Shown piece by piece: positions 11,701 through 26,230 of a stretch of DNA of 64,000 nt (positions within the stretch are counted from its first letter, which is position 1; the number at the start of each line of letters is the position of its first letter). This stretch comes from Chiloscyllium plagiosum (taxonomy: Eukaryota): assembly GCF_004010195.1 (NCBI RefSeq), contig NC_057719.1, forward strand, positions 51,528,920 through 51,592,919, written 5' to 3'. The notes below the pieces were generated by a model. That model was not told the DNA's origin and did not search any database. It saw only the letters and a program-made list of their open reading frames with translations. The translations under genes and the position numbers were made by a program.

Positions 11701-14282
11701 TTTGTGCATGGGAAATTATGTCTCACAAACTTCAGTGAGCTTTTGGAGGAGGTAACAAAGAGGATTGATGAGGGCAGAGCAGTAGATGTGATCTATATAG
11801 ACTTCAATAAGGTGTTTGACAAGGTTCCCCATGGGAGACTGATTAGCAAGGTTAGACGTCACGGAATACAGGGAGAACTAGCCATTTGGATACAGAACTG
11901 GCTCAAAGGTAGAAGACAGAGGGTGGTGGTGGAGGGTTGTTTTTCAGACTGGAGGCCTGTGACAAGTGGAGTGCCATAAGGATCGGTGCTGGGTCCTCAT
12001 CTTCTTGTCATTTACATAAATGATTTGGATGCGAGCATAAGAGGTACAGTTAGTAAGTTTGCAGATGACACCAAAATTGGAGGTGTAGTGGACAGCGAAG
12101 AGGGTTACCTCAGATTGCAACAGGATCTGGACCAGATGGGCCAATGGGCTCAGAAGTGGCAGATGGAGTTTACTTCAGTTAAATGTGAGGTGCTGCATTT
12201 TGGGAAAGCAAATCTTAGCAGGACTTATACACTTAATGGTAAGGTCCTAGGGAGTGTTGCTGAACAAAGAGACCTTGGAGGGCAGATTCATAGCTCCTTG
12301 AAAGTGGAGTCACAGGTAGATAGGATAGTGAAGAAGGCATTTAGTATGCTTTCCTTTATTGGTCAGAGTATTGAGTACAGGAGTTGGGAGGTCATGTTAT
12401 GGCTGTTCAGGACATTGGTTAGGCCACTTTTGGAATATCGTGCGCAATTTTGGTCTCCTTCCTATCAGAAAGATGTTTTGAAACTTGAAAGGGTTCAGAA
12501 AAGGTTTACAAGGATGTTGCCAGAGTTGGAGGATTTGAGCTATAGGGAGAGGCTGAACAGGCTGGGGCTGTTTTCCCTGAAGTGTCGGAGACTGAGAGGT
12601 GACCTTATAGAGGTTTACAAAATTATGAGGGGCATGAATAGGGTAAATAGGTAAACTCTTTTCCCTGGGATTAGGGAGTCCAGAACTAGAGGGCATAGTT
12701 TTAGGGTGAGAGGGGAAAGATATAAAAGAGACCTAAGGGGCAACCTTTTCACACAGCGGGTGGTACGTGTAAGGAATGAGCTGCCAGAGGAAGTGGTGGA
12801 GGCTGGTACAATTGCAACATTTAATGGGCATTTGGATGGGTATATGAATAGGAAGGGTTTGGAGGGATATGGGGTGGGTGCTGGCAGGTAGGGACTAGAT
12901 TGGCTTGGGATATCTGGTCTGCATGAACGGGTTGGACTGAAGGGTCTGTTTCCATGCTGTACATTTCTATGACTCTATGACTCTATATAAGACTTATAAT
13001 CATCTAGAAAGGAATAATTTGATGAGGGATAATCACCACAGTTTTTTGAAGAGTAGGTTGTGCCTCACAGTCTCTTTGAGAAGATGCCAAACAGGTGGAT
13101 GAGGGTATAGCAGTTGATGTAGTGTATATGGATTTCAGTAAAGTGTTTGATAAGGTTCCCCATGGTAGGCTATTGCAGAAGATACGGAGGCGTGGGATTG
13201 AGAGTGATTTAGCGGTTTGGTTGAGAAATTGGCTAGCTGAAAAAAGACAGAGTGTGATGCTTGATGGGAACTATTCATCCTGGAGTTCAGTTACTAGTTA
13301 CTGTAAGGATCTGTTTTGGGGCCATTGCTGTTTGTCACTTTTATAAATGACCTGGATGAAGGTGCAGAAGGATTGTTTAGTAAATTTGCAGATGAGACTG
13401 AAGTCAAGGTGGAGTTGTGGACAGTGCGGAAGAATGTTGCAGGTTACAGAGGGACATAGATAAGCTGCAGAGCTGGTCTGAGAGATGGCAAATGGAGTTT
13501 AATGCGGAAAAGTGTGAGGTGATTCACTTTGGAAGGAGTAACAGGAATGCAGAGTAATGGGCTAATGGTAAGATTCTTGGCAGTGTGGTTGAGCAGAGAG
13601 GTCTTGGTGTCCATGTGCATAAATCCCTGAAAGTTGACACCCAGGTTGACAGGGTTGTTAAGAAGATGTACGGTGTGTTAGCTTTTATTGGTAGATGGAT
13701 TGAGTTTCGGACCCATGTGGTCATGCTGCAAAACTCTGGTGCGGCTGCACTTGGAGTATTGCGTACAGTTCTGGTTGTCGCATTATAGGAAGGATGTTGG
13801 AAGCAATGGAAAGGGCGCAGAGGAGATTTACTACAATGTTGCCTGGTATGGAAGGAAGGTATTATGAGGAAAGGCTCAGAGACTTGAGGCTGATTCTGTT
13901 AGAGAGAAGGGGGTTAAGAGGTGACTTAATAGAGACATACAAGATGATAGAGGATTAGATAGAGTGGACAGTGAGAGCCTTTTTCCTCGGATGGTAATGG
14001 CTAGCATGAAGGGAAACAGCTTTAAATTGAGGGGTGATAGATATAGGTCAGATGTCAGGGGTAGGTTCTGTACTCAGGGAGTAGTAAGGGCGTGGAATGC
14101 CCTGCCTGCAACTGCAGTAGACACGATAACTTTCAGGGTATTTAAATGATCATTGGATAAATATATGGATGATAATGGAATAGTGTAGATTAGATGGGCT
14201 TTAGATTGGTTTCACGGTTTGGCACAACATCAAGGGCTGAAGGGCCTGTACTGCACTGTAACATTCTATGTTCAATGTTCTA
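8800..14282 (+). mobile_element. Near full-length decayed CR1 LINE (ORF1 esterase end plus ORF2 APE-RT), split by a nested CR1
   Basis: ORF1 SGNH-like motifs LPGARVRDV..VHIGINDI; APE motif GGGVALLV; PDGIYPRILWE; VYMDFSKVFDKVPH after the insertion; ends in TTCTATG repeats. Many stops and frameshifts. Confidence 0.92.
10879..12986 (+). mobile_element. Younger 5'-truncated CR1 nested inside the older CR1
   Basis: RT motifs NYRPVNLTS, QHGF, DFNKVFDKVPH and FADDTK, with its own 3'UTR and (TCTATGAC)n tail. The host CR1 resumes at about 12988. Stop at 11977-11979 and a frameshift near 11345. Confidence 0.93.
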
Positions 14283-16932
14283 CAAGTGGACAATTTACAG
14301 TTTAACTGTTTGCAACCTTGCACTTTCAACACCTTTCTTGGACTTTAGGATACTCAGAGTTAAACACATTTTTAACCCAGAAACTGTTACCATTATCGCC
14401 AAATACATATACCTTCTACTTTCTTCTCACTGAAATTAGCTGAACTTTCCTTTCATCTTAATAAACAAACCACCCAGGCACACAGCTGGGTAGCATGTAC
14501 AGCAGGTCGCATGACTGCCTTTATTAACTCTAAATTTAGAGTCCCATCTTACATTCATCTTATAAACCCCATAATATTGTGTATGAGAAGGTGAAGATTA
14601 GTATGAATGTTTATTGACAGAGATTATTGATGTATAGGTAATGGGGATGTGGTGAACTGTTTTGTCTAAAGTTAATCGTGCATTTGGTGGGATATAGTGC
14701 TTGAATCTTCATTCCTTGACCACTCAACATTGACAACACTACATCCACATCCTTAGGGCTAAACATTTAGTATTGATCTCCATTGTTGTCTATTCTACTC
14801 CCTTGTCATCATGTGTTGGGAAGGCCTTCTGCAGGACTTTTGAGTTCCTTTCTCCTCCCTCCACTTAGACCTCCAGTACAGCAACCACAAAAGTTTGTGC
14901 ACTCTTGCCTATACAGTAGTCAGTCTTCATTGTTCATTGCTACTACTCACAATGATTTTAGATTCTGTTCATGCCACAATGCATCTTTCCTTTAAAAGTT
15001 GCTAACTTCGTTTCAATGGTGCTAGCAGCATGCAGAGAACATGACAATGAGCAGGCAACAGGAATTTTATATATTGCCTGCATTACATTAAATGGGCATG
15101 ATGTGACCTCAAATCTCAATCTCCACATTCGTTTTCAGGGACAATATAATTTTAATGTCTAATATTTCACAGATTTATTAAGTAACAGCAGCTTTGTTTT
15201 ATCTTCCTGCAGTGCATGGAAACAAATGTATTATTAGAAAGAAATGTAAGTTGAAGTACTATGCAATTTGAATAAATTCTGGTAACAGTCCATTAAACAT
15301 TTGTATTTATAGATTGTTACAATACTGTCATAACCCATTATATGGCTGGAAAGCAGCAGTAGAGCTGCAAATGCTTGTAAACACCTACATGCCTGACTGA
15401 TAGAATGTAGTTAATGGCTATTAGGAAGTTGAATGACAGTGCAAAGGAGAGGGAAACATTCAACAAGACACAAAACTCAATTGAAACACTTCAGTCACAG
15501 TTGATACCTCTAACTGTGGCTTATTTAGTGATAGTATCAACTACTGGAGGCTCAAATACAAGATTTTCAAACAATATTAAATAAAGAAGGAAAACAGAGT
15601 TTTATTTTTTTTGGAATGTCCCAGTACACTTTACAACTTGATTATTATTATGGAGGCAAACATGAACAAAAATCACTCAGGCTACAATGCTCCATAAAGA
15701 CATATAAAAGTAGTTATCAAAACCACTAATAGTACTTCCTTGACTACTAAATGGGCAAATAAATAGATATATCTGCTGTAGAACTAAAGAACACATACTC
15801 AAGTCAGTTGATCATGACTGGTGAAGTCATAAAGTGACACAAAAAGCTTCTGTGTTTTTCAGCAAGAAAAAAACTAGTATTCCTGCTCTTGGATAGTGTC
15901 CAGTAAACTCTGATCATAAAGTGAACTTCTATTGACATAGGGTGAGAATAGGGTAGAGCTCAGCTAAAAGTGTCCAAGTGCCAACATTTACTGTAAAAAT
16001 ATCCCTTGCATTGTCAACAACAATATCTGAGGACAGGCGTAAAACCAACTCTTTACTTTTTCAGATATTTTTATATGTCTTAGTTCTCCAAAATGATGAA
16101 AAAGATGGGATTACTTTGGAATGGTATTATGGTCAGCACAGACATGGTGGGCTAAAGGACCTGTTTCTGTGCTGCACTGTTCTATGCTCTGAATTCTACG
16201 GTCCATTACTAATCTGTGATTATGATACTTTACACAAACAAGGTTTAAATATGGATTACTTTGGGAAGATGATGAAATAAATGAAGATGCTTGACAAAAA
16301 GTGCATTGTTTGATTTCAGACTTGATGTATAGCAAGACCTTTGGGATTGTTAAGGAGAACTATTATACCAACATTCTCAAGAAATGACACTATTTGAAAT
16401 TGGACATGAATACATCATTGGGATTGCAGCCAAATCATACAGATCTGCTGGAAATATCTTCCATATCCATTCTCTGCACTTTGACATCACCTACTATTAT
16501 AAGGAAGAACAATGAATATGTTGTCCACCAGAGACAAGACTATCTTTACTCACTTCCTTGAAAACATCAGCACTCATATTCTAATATCACCCCATCCAAA
16601 AAAAACCCAACAAACCAACATTCTTTGTGTGGGTCCATGAACAACTATCACTGATAAGTCATTTTAACTGTACCCACAGAATTCCCAACACCCTAACTTT
16701 TGGTTCAATATTTCTCACTTTACCATCCATCTTCCCAGTTACTCCTCATCTCTTCCATTGATGCCTGAGCCAACAGTACTCACTTCACCATCACACCTGT
16801 TTAAATGCTGCTCCTGGCAAACTCCCAGCCTTCACGAACTTCAGCACATCCAGAAATTCAGCTATTTAAATCCTAACCTGCACCAAGTTCCTTTTACCCA
16901 TCACTCTTGGGCATTCTGATCCCCAATTATTT

Positions 16933-18575
16933 CATAGAACATAGAACATAGAAGAATACAGCACAGTACAGGCCCTTTGGCCCTCGATGTTGTGCCGATC
17001 CAAGCCCACCTAACCTACACTAGCCCACTATCCTCCATATGCCTATCCAATGCCCACTTAAATGCCCAAAAAGAGGGAGAGTCCACCACTGCTACTGGCA
17101 GGGCATTCCATGAATTCACGANNNNNNNNNNNNNNNNNNNNNNNNNNNNNNNNNNNNNNNNNNNNNNNNNNNNNNNNNNNNNNNNNNNNNNNNNNNNNNN
17201 NNNNNNNNNNNNNNNNNNNNNNNNNNNNNNNNNNNNNNNNNNNNNNNNNNNNNNNNNNNNNNNNNNNNNNNNNNNNNNNNNNNNNNNNNNNNNNNNNNNN
17301 NNNNNNNNNNNNNNNNNNNNNNNNNNNNNNNNNNNNNNNNNNNNNNNNNNNNNNNNNNNNNNNNNNNNNNNNNNNNNNNNNNNNNNNNNNNNNNNNNNNN
17401 NNNNNNNNNNNNNNNNNNNNNNNNNNNNNNNNNNNNNNNNNNNNNNNNNNNNNNNNNNNNNNNNNNNNNNNNNNNNNNNNNNNNNNNNNNNNNNNNNNNN
17501 NNNNNNNNNNNNNNNNNNNNNNNNNNNNNNNNNNNNNNNNNNNNNNNNNNNNNNNNNNNNNNNNNNNNNNNNNNNNNNNNNNNNNNNNNNNNNNNNNNNN
17601 NNNNNNNNNNNNNNNNNNNNNNNNNNNNNNNNNNNNNNNNNNNNNNNNNNNNNNNNNNNNNNNNNNNNNNNNNNNNNNNNNNNNNNNNNNNNNNNNNNNN
17701 NNNNNNNNNNNNNNNNNNNNNNNNNNNNNNNNNNNNNNNNNNNNNNNNNNNNNNNNNNNNNNNNNNNNNNNNNNNNNNNNNNNNNNNNNNNNNNNNNNNN
17801 NNNNNNNNNNNNNNNNNNNNNNNNNNNNNNNNNNNNNNNNNNNNNNNNNNNNNNNNNNNNNNNNNNNNNNNNNNNNNNNNNNNNNNNNNNNNNNNNNNNN
17901 NNNNNNNNNNNNNNNNNNNNNNNNNNNNNNNNNNNNNNNNNNNNNNNNNNNNNNNNNNNNNNNNNNNNNNNNNNNNNNNNNNNNNNNNNNNNNNNNNNNN
18001 NNNNNNNNNNNNNNNNNNNNNNNNNNNNNNNNNNNNNNNNNNNNNNNNNNNNNNNNNNNNNNNNNNNNNNNNNNCAATGGCTCTGCGATCTCCTCCCTTG
18101 CTTCCCAGAGAATCCTAGGATAAATGCCATCAGGCCCAGGGGACTTATCTATTTTCACCCTTTCCAGAATTTCCAACACCTCTTCCCTACATACCTCAAA
18201 GCCATTCCTTCTACTTAATTGTGACTCAGTATTCACATTGACAATAATGTCCTGTTCCTGATTGAATACTGACGAAAAGTATTCATTCAGTGTCTCCCTG
18301 ATCTCTTCAGCCTCCACACGCAACTTCCCACTACTATCCTTGACTGGACCTATTCCTACCCTCGTCATTCTTTTATTCCTGACATACCTATAGAAAGCCT
18401 TAGGGTTTTCCCTAATCCTACCAACTAAGGACCTTTCATGTCCCCTCCTTGCTGCTCTTAGCTCTCTCTTCAGGTCCGTCCTGGCTACCTTATAACTCTC
18501 AATCGCCCCAATTGAACCTTCACGCCTCATCTTTACATAGGCCGCCCTCTTCCATTTAACAAGGGATTCCAATTC
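16933..18575 (-). mobile_element. CR1 LINE fragment spanning the assembly gap
   Basis: CATAGAA tail repeats at 16933; KSPGPDGIYPRILWE on the minus strand at about 18100. Confidence 0.88.
17122..18074. other. Assembly gap (N run)
   Basis: 953 N bases. Confidence 1.
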
Positions 18576-19439
18576 AGGTCCATCAATATCTCTAATTTAA
18601 TTTTTCGCTGTCCTCCCTGTGATGCCTGTTTAAGTCCGGAAACCGCCTGCTGCTATCTGAGTCTAGCGATCACTGGCTGCAGCTTCTGGTGTGGACAGAA
18701 AGCAGAAAAATCAATTCTTACAACTTCACAAGTCACTTAATTAAAGTATTAAACAATGCATGTATTTCTTATATATTCTATTACAAACTAGAATTCATAT
18801 ATTTTCCCACAAACTGAACTAAAACCTATTTATACACCCATTCAAGTCCTCTGACACTTCCTGAGTAGTCACAGAATATAAAAGGTAATATCCGATCTGG
18901 ATTACTGTTTTGCTGCTGCTGAGGAGGGCTGATGTTGGCCAGACGCTGCTCACTCTCCCACCACGTCCCTGATGTAGGTATAACTTCTGAGATGGTAGGT
19001 CTCCAGAGTTGTCACTGTCTGCATGCCCCAACGGTCTTCTTTTATCCTTTTCCCTTATCTCTCATTGTCGTTTTTTTCTGTTGGCTTAGGCTCAACTGCT
19101 TACTGCATGTATTTACCTTATTGGCTCTGAACCAGGGACCTAGTTGCCATTACCTCATTGCCCTCATTCAAATAAGGCTTCTGCATTACCTCACCTTTCT
19201 TACTTTTTCTGCAGAATACGGTTAGTACCAAGCAGTAACTGAACTCTGGTCATTCTCAGTTCACAAGCTGTTTTCCCTTGCGTGTTAGAAGATTTTTTTA
19301 CACTGAGAATTCCTAGCCCCTGTCAGGAACTGGTACCCATGTCTCTGCAGCCTCCTGGGTAACATCTCATTTTCAGGAGTATACCGCTGACTGGTATCCT
19401 ATGCAGCAGCCTGGCTTATATTCCCCAAGTCTCTTCATA

Positions 19440-19800
19440 TCCTGTCCCTCTGTGATCTGGCAATTTCACCATGTCTTAGGCTTCACCATTCAAAGATACA
19501 GAATCTTCCTTGTACCAATTACAAAATCTGACACACTTAAACATCGAGATTTTTGACCCTCTAACTTAGGCTCACGCGTATCATTCTCTCCCACTCCCCG
19601 ACCCTTAGCTTGTTCCACCACTGGGACTTGACTTAGATCTGAAAATGTCCCTCAATCCTTTCTTACTTTATGACCTTCCTTTAAGCCTACTTCTTTAACC
19701 AAGCTTCCACAGGCACCATCTTTTGACTAATTACATGTCTCGAAAGTGCCTTTGGATGTTTTTCAATGCTAATGTCATGAGATAAATGAAAGTTTTTGTC
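19440..19800 (+). mobile_element. Old L2-like LINE 3' relic
   Basis: Resembles L2 3' ends (tttaagcctacttctttaaccaagct .. aagtgcctttggatgtttt .. ataaatgaaagtt). Very degenerate. Confidence 0.4.
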
Positions 19801-19982
19801 TGGCATTGAGTGTCATTTGTAAGAAAATACTTGGAAATTCCATCAACCAACGTCTCAAATGTAAGTGTTCTTGTTCTTTCTTTGATTGAAAATATACCTA
19901 AACATAGAGGCAGAACTCAACATCATATACTGCCTTCATCTCAGGCCATGCTGTTTCCGTTTGATGAATGTAAATTTATTCA

Positions 19983-21714
19983 GGAACAAAGAACAAAAAA
20001 CAAAGAAAATTATAGCATAGGCCCTCCAAGCCTGCACCTATCTAGATCCTCTATCTAACCTGCCGCCTATTTTCTAAAGATCTGCATCTGTTTGCACCCT
20101 GCCCCTTCATGTATCTGTCCAGATACATAGAGTCATATGCAGTACGGAAACAGACCCTTTGGTCCAACTTGTCCATGCCAATTGATATCCCAACCCCAAT
20201 CTAGTCCCACCTGCCAGCACCTGGCCCACATCCCTGCATACACTTCCTATTTATATACCCATCCAGATGCTTTTTAAATGTTGCAATTGTACCAACCTCC
20301 ACCACTTCCTCTGGCAGCTCATTCCGTACACGTACCACCCTCTGTGTGAAAAAGTAGCCCCTTAGGTCTCTTTTAAATCTTTCCCCTCTCACCCTAAACC
20401 TCTGCCCTCTCGTTCTGCACTCCCCACCCCAGGGAAGAGATGTTGTCTATTTATCCTATCCATGCCCCTCATGATTTTATAAACTTCTATAAGATCACCC
20501 CTCAGCCTCTGACGCTCCAGGGAAGACAGGCCCAGCCTATTCAACCTCTCCCTATGGCTCAAATCCTCCAACCTTGGCAACATCCTTGTAAATCTTTTCT
20601 GAACTCTTTCAGGTTTCACAAATCTTTCTGATAGGATGGAGAGTTGAATTGCACACAATATTCCAAAAGTGGCCTAACCAATGTCCTGTACAGCTGTAAG
20701 GTACCCTCCCAACCCCTGTACTCAATACTCTAACCAATAAAGGAAAGCACACCAAACACCTTCTTCACTATCCTATCTACCTGCGACTCGACGTTCAAGG
20801 AGCTGTGCACTTGGACTCCAAGGTCTCTTTGTTCAGCAACACTCCCTAGGACCTTACCATTAAGTGTATAAGTCCTGCTAAGATTTGCTTTCCCAAAATG
20901 CAGCACCTCACATTTCTCTAAATTAAACTCCATCTGCCATTCCTCAGCCCATTGGCCCATCTAATCAATATCCCTTTGTAATCTGAGGTAACCTTCTTCG
21001 CTGTCCACTACACCTCCAATTTTAGTGTCATCTGCAAACTTATGCTCACATCCAAATCACTTATATAAATGATGAAAAGTAGTTCTTAAATAACACTATT
21101 GTTCCTGCCTCTACCATGTCCTCTGGCAACGCCTTCCAGGCCCCCACCACTCTCTGCATAAAGAACTTTCCACGCATACCTCCCCTAAACCTTTCTCCTC
21201 TCATTTGAACTCATGACCCCTAGTAATTGAATTCGGCCCTCTGGGAAAAAGCTTCTTGCTATCCACCCTGTCGATACCTCTCATGGCTTTATAGATCTCA
21301 ATCAGGTTACCCTCAACCTCTGTCTTTCTAATGAAAATACTTCTCTCTTCAATAGCTAGCACTTTCTATACCATGCAACAACCCGGTGAACCTCCTCTGC
21401 ACACTCTCCAAAGCATCCACATCTGTTTGGTAATGTGGCGACCAGAACTGTACGCGGTATTCCAAATGCGGCTGAATCAAAGTCCTATGCAACTGTAACA
21501 TGAGCTGCCAACTCTTGTACTAAATACTCCGTCCAATGAAGGAAAGCATGCCATATGCCTTCTTGACTTTACTGATCTGCGTTGCCAACTTCAGGGAACA
21601 ATGGACCTGAATACCCAGATCGCTCTGTACATCAATTTTCTCCAGAACTTTCCCATTAACTGTATAGTTCTCTCTTGAATGCATCACCTCACATTTACCT
21701 GGATTGAACTCCAT
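19983..21714 (-). mobile_element. CR1 fragment with a second CR1 nested at about 20127-21083
   Basis: Two separate 3' tails (gaacaaa repeats at 19983; atagagtcat at 20127). ORFs 20201-20960 and 21520-21714 both encode CR1 RT C-terminal motifs (MEFN..KCEV.H). Confidence 0.9.
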
Positions 21715-23819
21715 GGTTAATGGTCAACTGCCCAAAAACTAGCAGTAAATGTGAAGACTATCATTACATACTGAAGGACTTCAAGAAAATCATATACAGC
21801 GAGAAAAATAACTATTTTAACTATTGTAGCAATTTGATATGCTGATGCTGATTATAAGTAAATTGAAAATTAAATATCCTTTTAAGTCATTGTCAATTAA
21901 TGTTGGACGTTGAGTGAATTGAATAAACGCTTCAATCAATCCTTTGTGTAACTCTTTACCATTTGGATAAATTGGATGTTTATAAGTTAGCATAGAAGAC
22001 TAATGAAATGAAAAAAATGTCTGCAAGCACGAATAAATGACTGAAATGCAATATTTTATATTTAAATAAAACGAAGTAATAGTGCTCACCATTATTATGG
22101 AGTAAATTGGACTTTCAGCATTGACATATGTGCAGCTAAATGTAGAATTCTGGTACGTGGTTACATGGTTCTTCACAGGTTTGGATATAATAGAACTAAC
22201 CAGCGGATTCAGCATTAAAATCAAGTGAGAGTATCAAGTTTAGTAAGCTCTTCATATTATTTACTAAATAAACCAGTAAAAGTAAGGATTGGTGCATTCA
22301 CATGCAAGTTAATGTTTAATTAGATGACCAAATCATAAGTGCTACCAAAAAAAAAATTCTCTAGGCCTGAAATCCTGAAAAATAATTTTACTTTTGTGGA
22401 TTCTCACTGCCTTAGAATTTAATGAGTATTTTGAATTTTTAAAAAAAAATCTGTCTTTTTAAATATATTTTAATTCTGCCTTTCTTTCCCAATCCTTATT
22501 TCACTTTCTGTACATGATTTAAGTCTCTTTCATAATTTTTCATCAATACTTTCTGTATAAATTCTCTGGATAGAATCCTATTAGGTTCTGAGTGAAGTAG
22601 TCTATGCAAGATGTGCAGCAGAATTGGATGAGACATCTGGCGAGGCCCATCTCAATGAGATCATTTCAAAAGTGACATGATGTGATTCACGCTACGTACT
22701 GATGAAATGTTAATTGTTGGTCATTATTGATTGTTGAATACTTTGTTAATGCCACAACTTGCCTCATTAATATTCAGCGTCCCAGTTTACCAAATTTGCC
22801 AAGAAAGTTAGATATTGGGAAAACACAACAAGAAAGCCAGAGCAGACACCTGGCACTTCAGCTCACTACTTGCACCAAACAACATCCATGTTTATGGTGA
22901 CCAAATTGCAATACAGGGCACAATCCATGGGCACTAGATGCACTCATCCTTCATTGGGTAACCACACCTGGTGCACTGTGGAAGCATTGGATCACATCAC
23001 TATCATTAGAAAGCTGCAGTGGAAACACTGTGCACAGGGACAGGCAACTTGCTGTCAGACTGGATCAGGCTGTATCTCAAGATTGCTCACTTTCTCTTTC
23101 AGTGCTTACTCACACAGTGCCTACTTGTATGGTCTCAGTATCACTTCATCACCATGCTTGTCTTACCATGCCAATTTGTGCAGTCATAAGATCAGGTAGC
23201 TGGCCTTACTGATAGACAGTCCTTAATCTAGGGGGTTTAAATCATGCAGAATGGCAATATGCAATATCAATTTTCACACCTGCTCCATGTGCCAGCAGTC
23301 TACATGGCAAACACACTGTTTGGGCAGCATAAGGGTAGCATTGTCTTAGGAAGTAGTGATCACCATCAAAAATAGATCAGCCAGGTTCCTCTTGTAACAA
23401 TTAAAGGATTAGTTATTGCAAGTAAAACATATTCAAGGAAAGGTACAAAAATAATTAAGAAAATGTTTGAGTTGTACAAATAAATACAACGATTGTTCTT
23501 GAAAACTTTCATTCACAAACACAAAATCTCCAAATCTGGAGAAAAAAAACTTGATGGAGTCTCATCTTTCAAGTTCTTTGGCCATGTAACACTAAATTTA
23601 GGAAAAGTAAGTATTCACAGATTGTCCAAATGTAGTTCTACAGCCAAAGTCACTTTGCACACAAGCTACTGGCATTGGAATATATTCCTGGATGTTAGGG
23701 GTGACTGAATTGCTTTTCTTGAGACAATGGTATAGATTCCACATTCTCTTTTAGTAATTCTCCGTTTGCGGTAATGAGGTTTTCTGGTGGGTTTACAACT
23801 CACAAACGTTGAGGAAAGG

Positions 23820-23898
23820 GGTTCTGAAGAACCCTTCCACAGATTCTGCCAGACCTACTGGGTTTGCCTAGCAATTTTTGTTTCTGTCTTTGGTTTTT
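23820..23898 (+). mobile_element. Short Penelope-derived tail insertion
   Basis: ctgaagaa..ctgccagacctactgggtt..T-tract, flanked by the imperfect TSD ttgaggaaagg (23809-23819) / ttgatgaaagg (23899-23909). Confidence 0.6.
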
Positions 23899-25130
23899 TT
23901 GATGAAAGGATGGTATCCAATCAAGCTCAAGAAACTTCTCATGAATTTGCACTATCCAAAGGTGTATTGAACATTGTCAATAGCAAAGCTGCCTCATCAT
24001 ACTTCACATTCTAGTAGTCATTTCTGCTATAATTTGCTGAAAATATTTGCCCCATGCCACTCAGGTTAAGAAGAACTCTTTTGACCCTTTCACCAGTGGT
24101 AAACCTTCAATACTTCAGACTACAAGTAAGCTGAAAAGCTGCCCTGAAATGCTTGAGCACCCTGTTCGCCAACATTGAACCTAAGAGAGGCAGTTTGCGC
24201 TGCTTTTCTCAGAAGACCAATGCTCAATGAAGGACAGTGGACATGGTAAATGCCATTGGCCTTGAATAGCAGTGTACCGCCTTGAAAAGATGATACACAG
24301 AACAAACATTTTCCTGAAGAGATGTGTGAAATCACCATGGATTACATTCTCTCATTTATAAAGTGGATGCAAATGTAGAATGATATATGCAGGCTGGGCC
24401 ATTGCACAATCCCTGAACACCATATCTAACCTCAGTATAGTCCACATTAAAATGCAATGTCTTGGCTGCCATCAATGCAATGAGCCAGCCTTAGAGGCTA
24501 ATGCTATCTGTAGTCAAGCAGTCAGTTGCTTGTGGTAGATGAGCAATGTTAGGCCATTATAAGTTGTTTTATCCTTCGAATGTATGAATAGTCTGCTCAT
24601 CTCTCATGTGAGTGCAACATAACTGGAGTTGACAGCGGAAATGATTCTAGAGAAACAGAGTGCAAATGAACATTATGGTGTATTTACAATTATGTGTCAT
24701 CTGTTCTGCCTATGTGCACTCAGTAAGTTTTCTTCTTCCACTCCCTCCCACGACAACTAACTGCAGCCCTGACTTCAGCAGCTGGTTTGAAAGCAGCCTG
24801 CTTTGTAGATGTCCCTACTGGACTGGATGTCATCGCCTATCATCCTCAGGACCATTTAAGTCTAGATGGCGCAGGTCTGCTGGACATCTCTTGCCAGCTG
24901 CAAGCTTACCCTCCTGGGTTTGGACCTCTGCAGGCTTTGGTATCATAGGCAGAGAGGAGATGAAGGGGTTAGGTACCTTTAATGTTCTGAGAAATAGCTT
25001 CTGGGGGTCCTTCTCCCTGTGGTGCCTGCTGGAATCAACCTGTCCCCGTGGGAGAAAAGGACACCTAAGTGAGATCAGTGTCTCCTTGTCTCCCTGTCAT
25101 CTTGCTATTGATGCTGAGCACCAATCCTAG

Positions 25131-26230
25131 ATTTTGATTGGATTTATTATTGTCCCATGTACCTGTTTTGTTTTGCATGCAGCGCAGGCAGATCATGCCA
25201 TACAAAGTGCATAACGGTAATAGAACAGAACAAGCAATTCAATATTTCAGCTGCAGAGAAGGTGCACAAAGAGCGAGGTCAACATTAACTTTGAAATTTG
25301 AGAGGTGGTATTCAGAAGCCTAATAATAGTGGGCAAGAAGCTGTTACTGAATTTGTTGGTACGTGTGTTTAAGCTTTTGTATCTTCTCCCTGATGGAGGA
25401 AGTTAGGAGAGATTATAACTGGGGTGGGAAGGGTCTTTGAAAATGTTGGCTGCCTTTCTGAGGCAGCAGGAAGTAAAAATGTAGTCAATGGATGAAAGTT
25501 TGGCTTGCGGGCTGTGTTCACAACTCTCTGAAGTTGTCATAGCCGTGATGCATCTGGATATAATGTTTTCTATGGTGCATTTCTAAAAATTAGTAAGAGT
25601 CTTTATGGACATGCCGAATTTCCTTAGTGTCCTGAGGAAGTAGAGGCATTGTTGTACTTTCTTGTCCACCCACATTGTTGGTGATTGTCACTCCTAGGAA
25701 CTTGACGCTGTCAATCATCTCCACCTCAACTTCATTGATGTAGACGGGGGCATGCCCTCTATCTTGCATCCTGAAGTCAAAGACCTGCTTTTCATTTTGG
25801 TGACTTTGAGGAAGACATTGTTATCTTTTACATCATGCTACCAAACACTCTATCCTGTATTCTATCTCATCATTGTTTGAAATCTGGCCTGCAATGGTGA
25901 TGTCATCAGTAGATGGAATTAGGATGAAATTTGGCCACACAATCATGAATGCACAGGGAGTATAGAAAGGGGCTGAGCAAGCAGGCTTGCAGGTGCTGAT
26001 ATTGAGGATAGTTGTGCAAGAAGTATTGCTGCCTATTCTCATTGATTGCAATCTGTGAGCCAGCAAATTGAGGATCCAGTTGCAGAGGGCGGAGCAGAGA
26101 CCTAGGTCTTGGAGTTTGGACAATAGTTTGGTTGGAATTATAGTGTCGAAATCAGAGTTGTAGTCAATGAGTAGGAGCCTGACAATGTTATCCAGATGTT
26201 CCAGGGATGAATGTAGTGCCAGGGAGAGGG
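25131..26230 (-). mobile_element. Rex1/Babar LINE fragment
   Basis: ORF 25833..26351 contains VRLLLIDYNSDFDTIIPTKLLSKLQDLGL..LCNWILN, typical of Rex1/Babar RT. Confidence 0.85.

Noticed and set aside
16977..18572. ORFs of 353-504 aa
   Set aside because: Artefacts of the N gap; the real flanks are CR1 ORF2.
18819..19060. EKDKRRPLGHADS resembling the RAF kinase linker
   Set aside because: Similarity is a few residues only and no kinase motifs follow.
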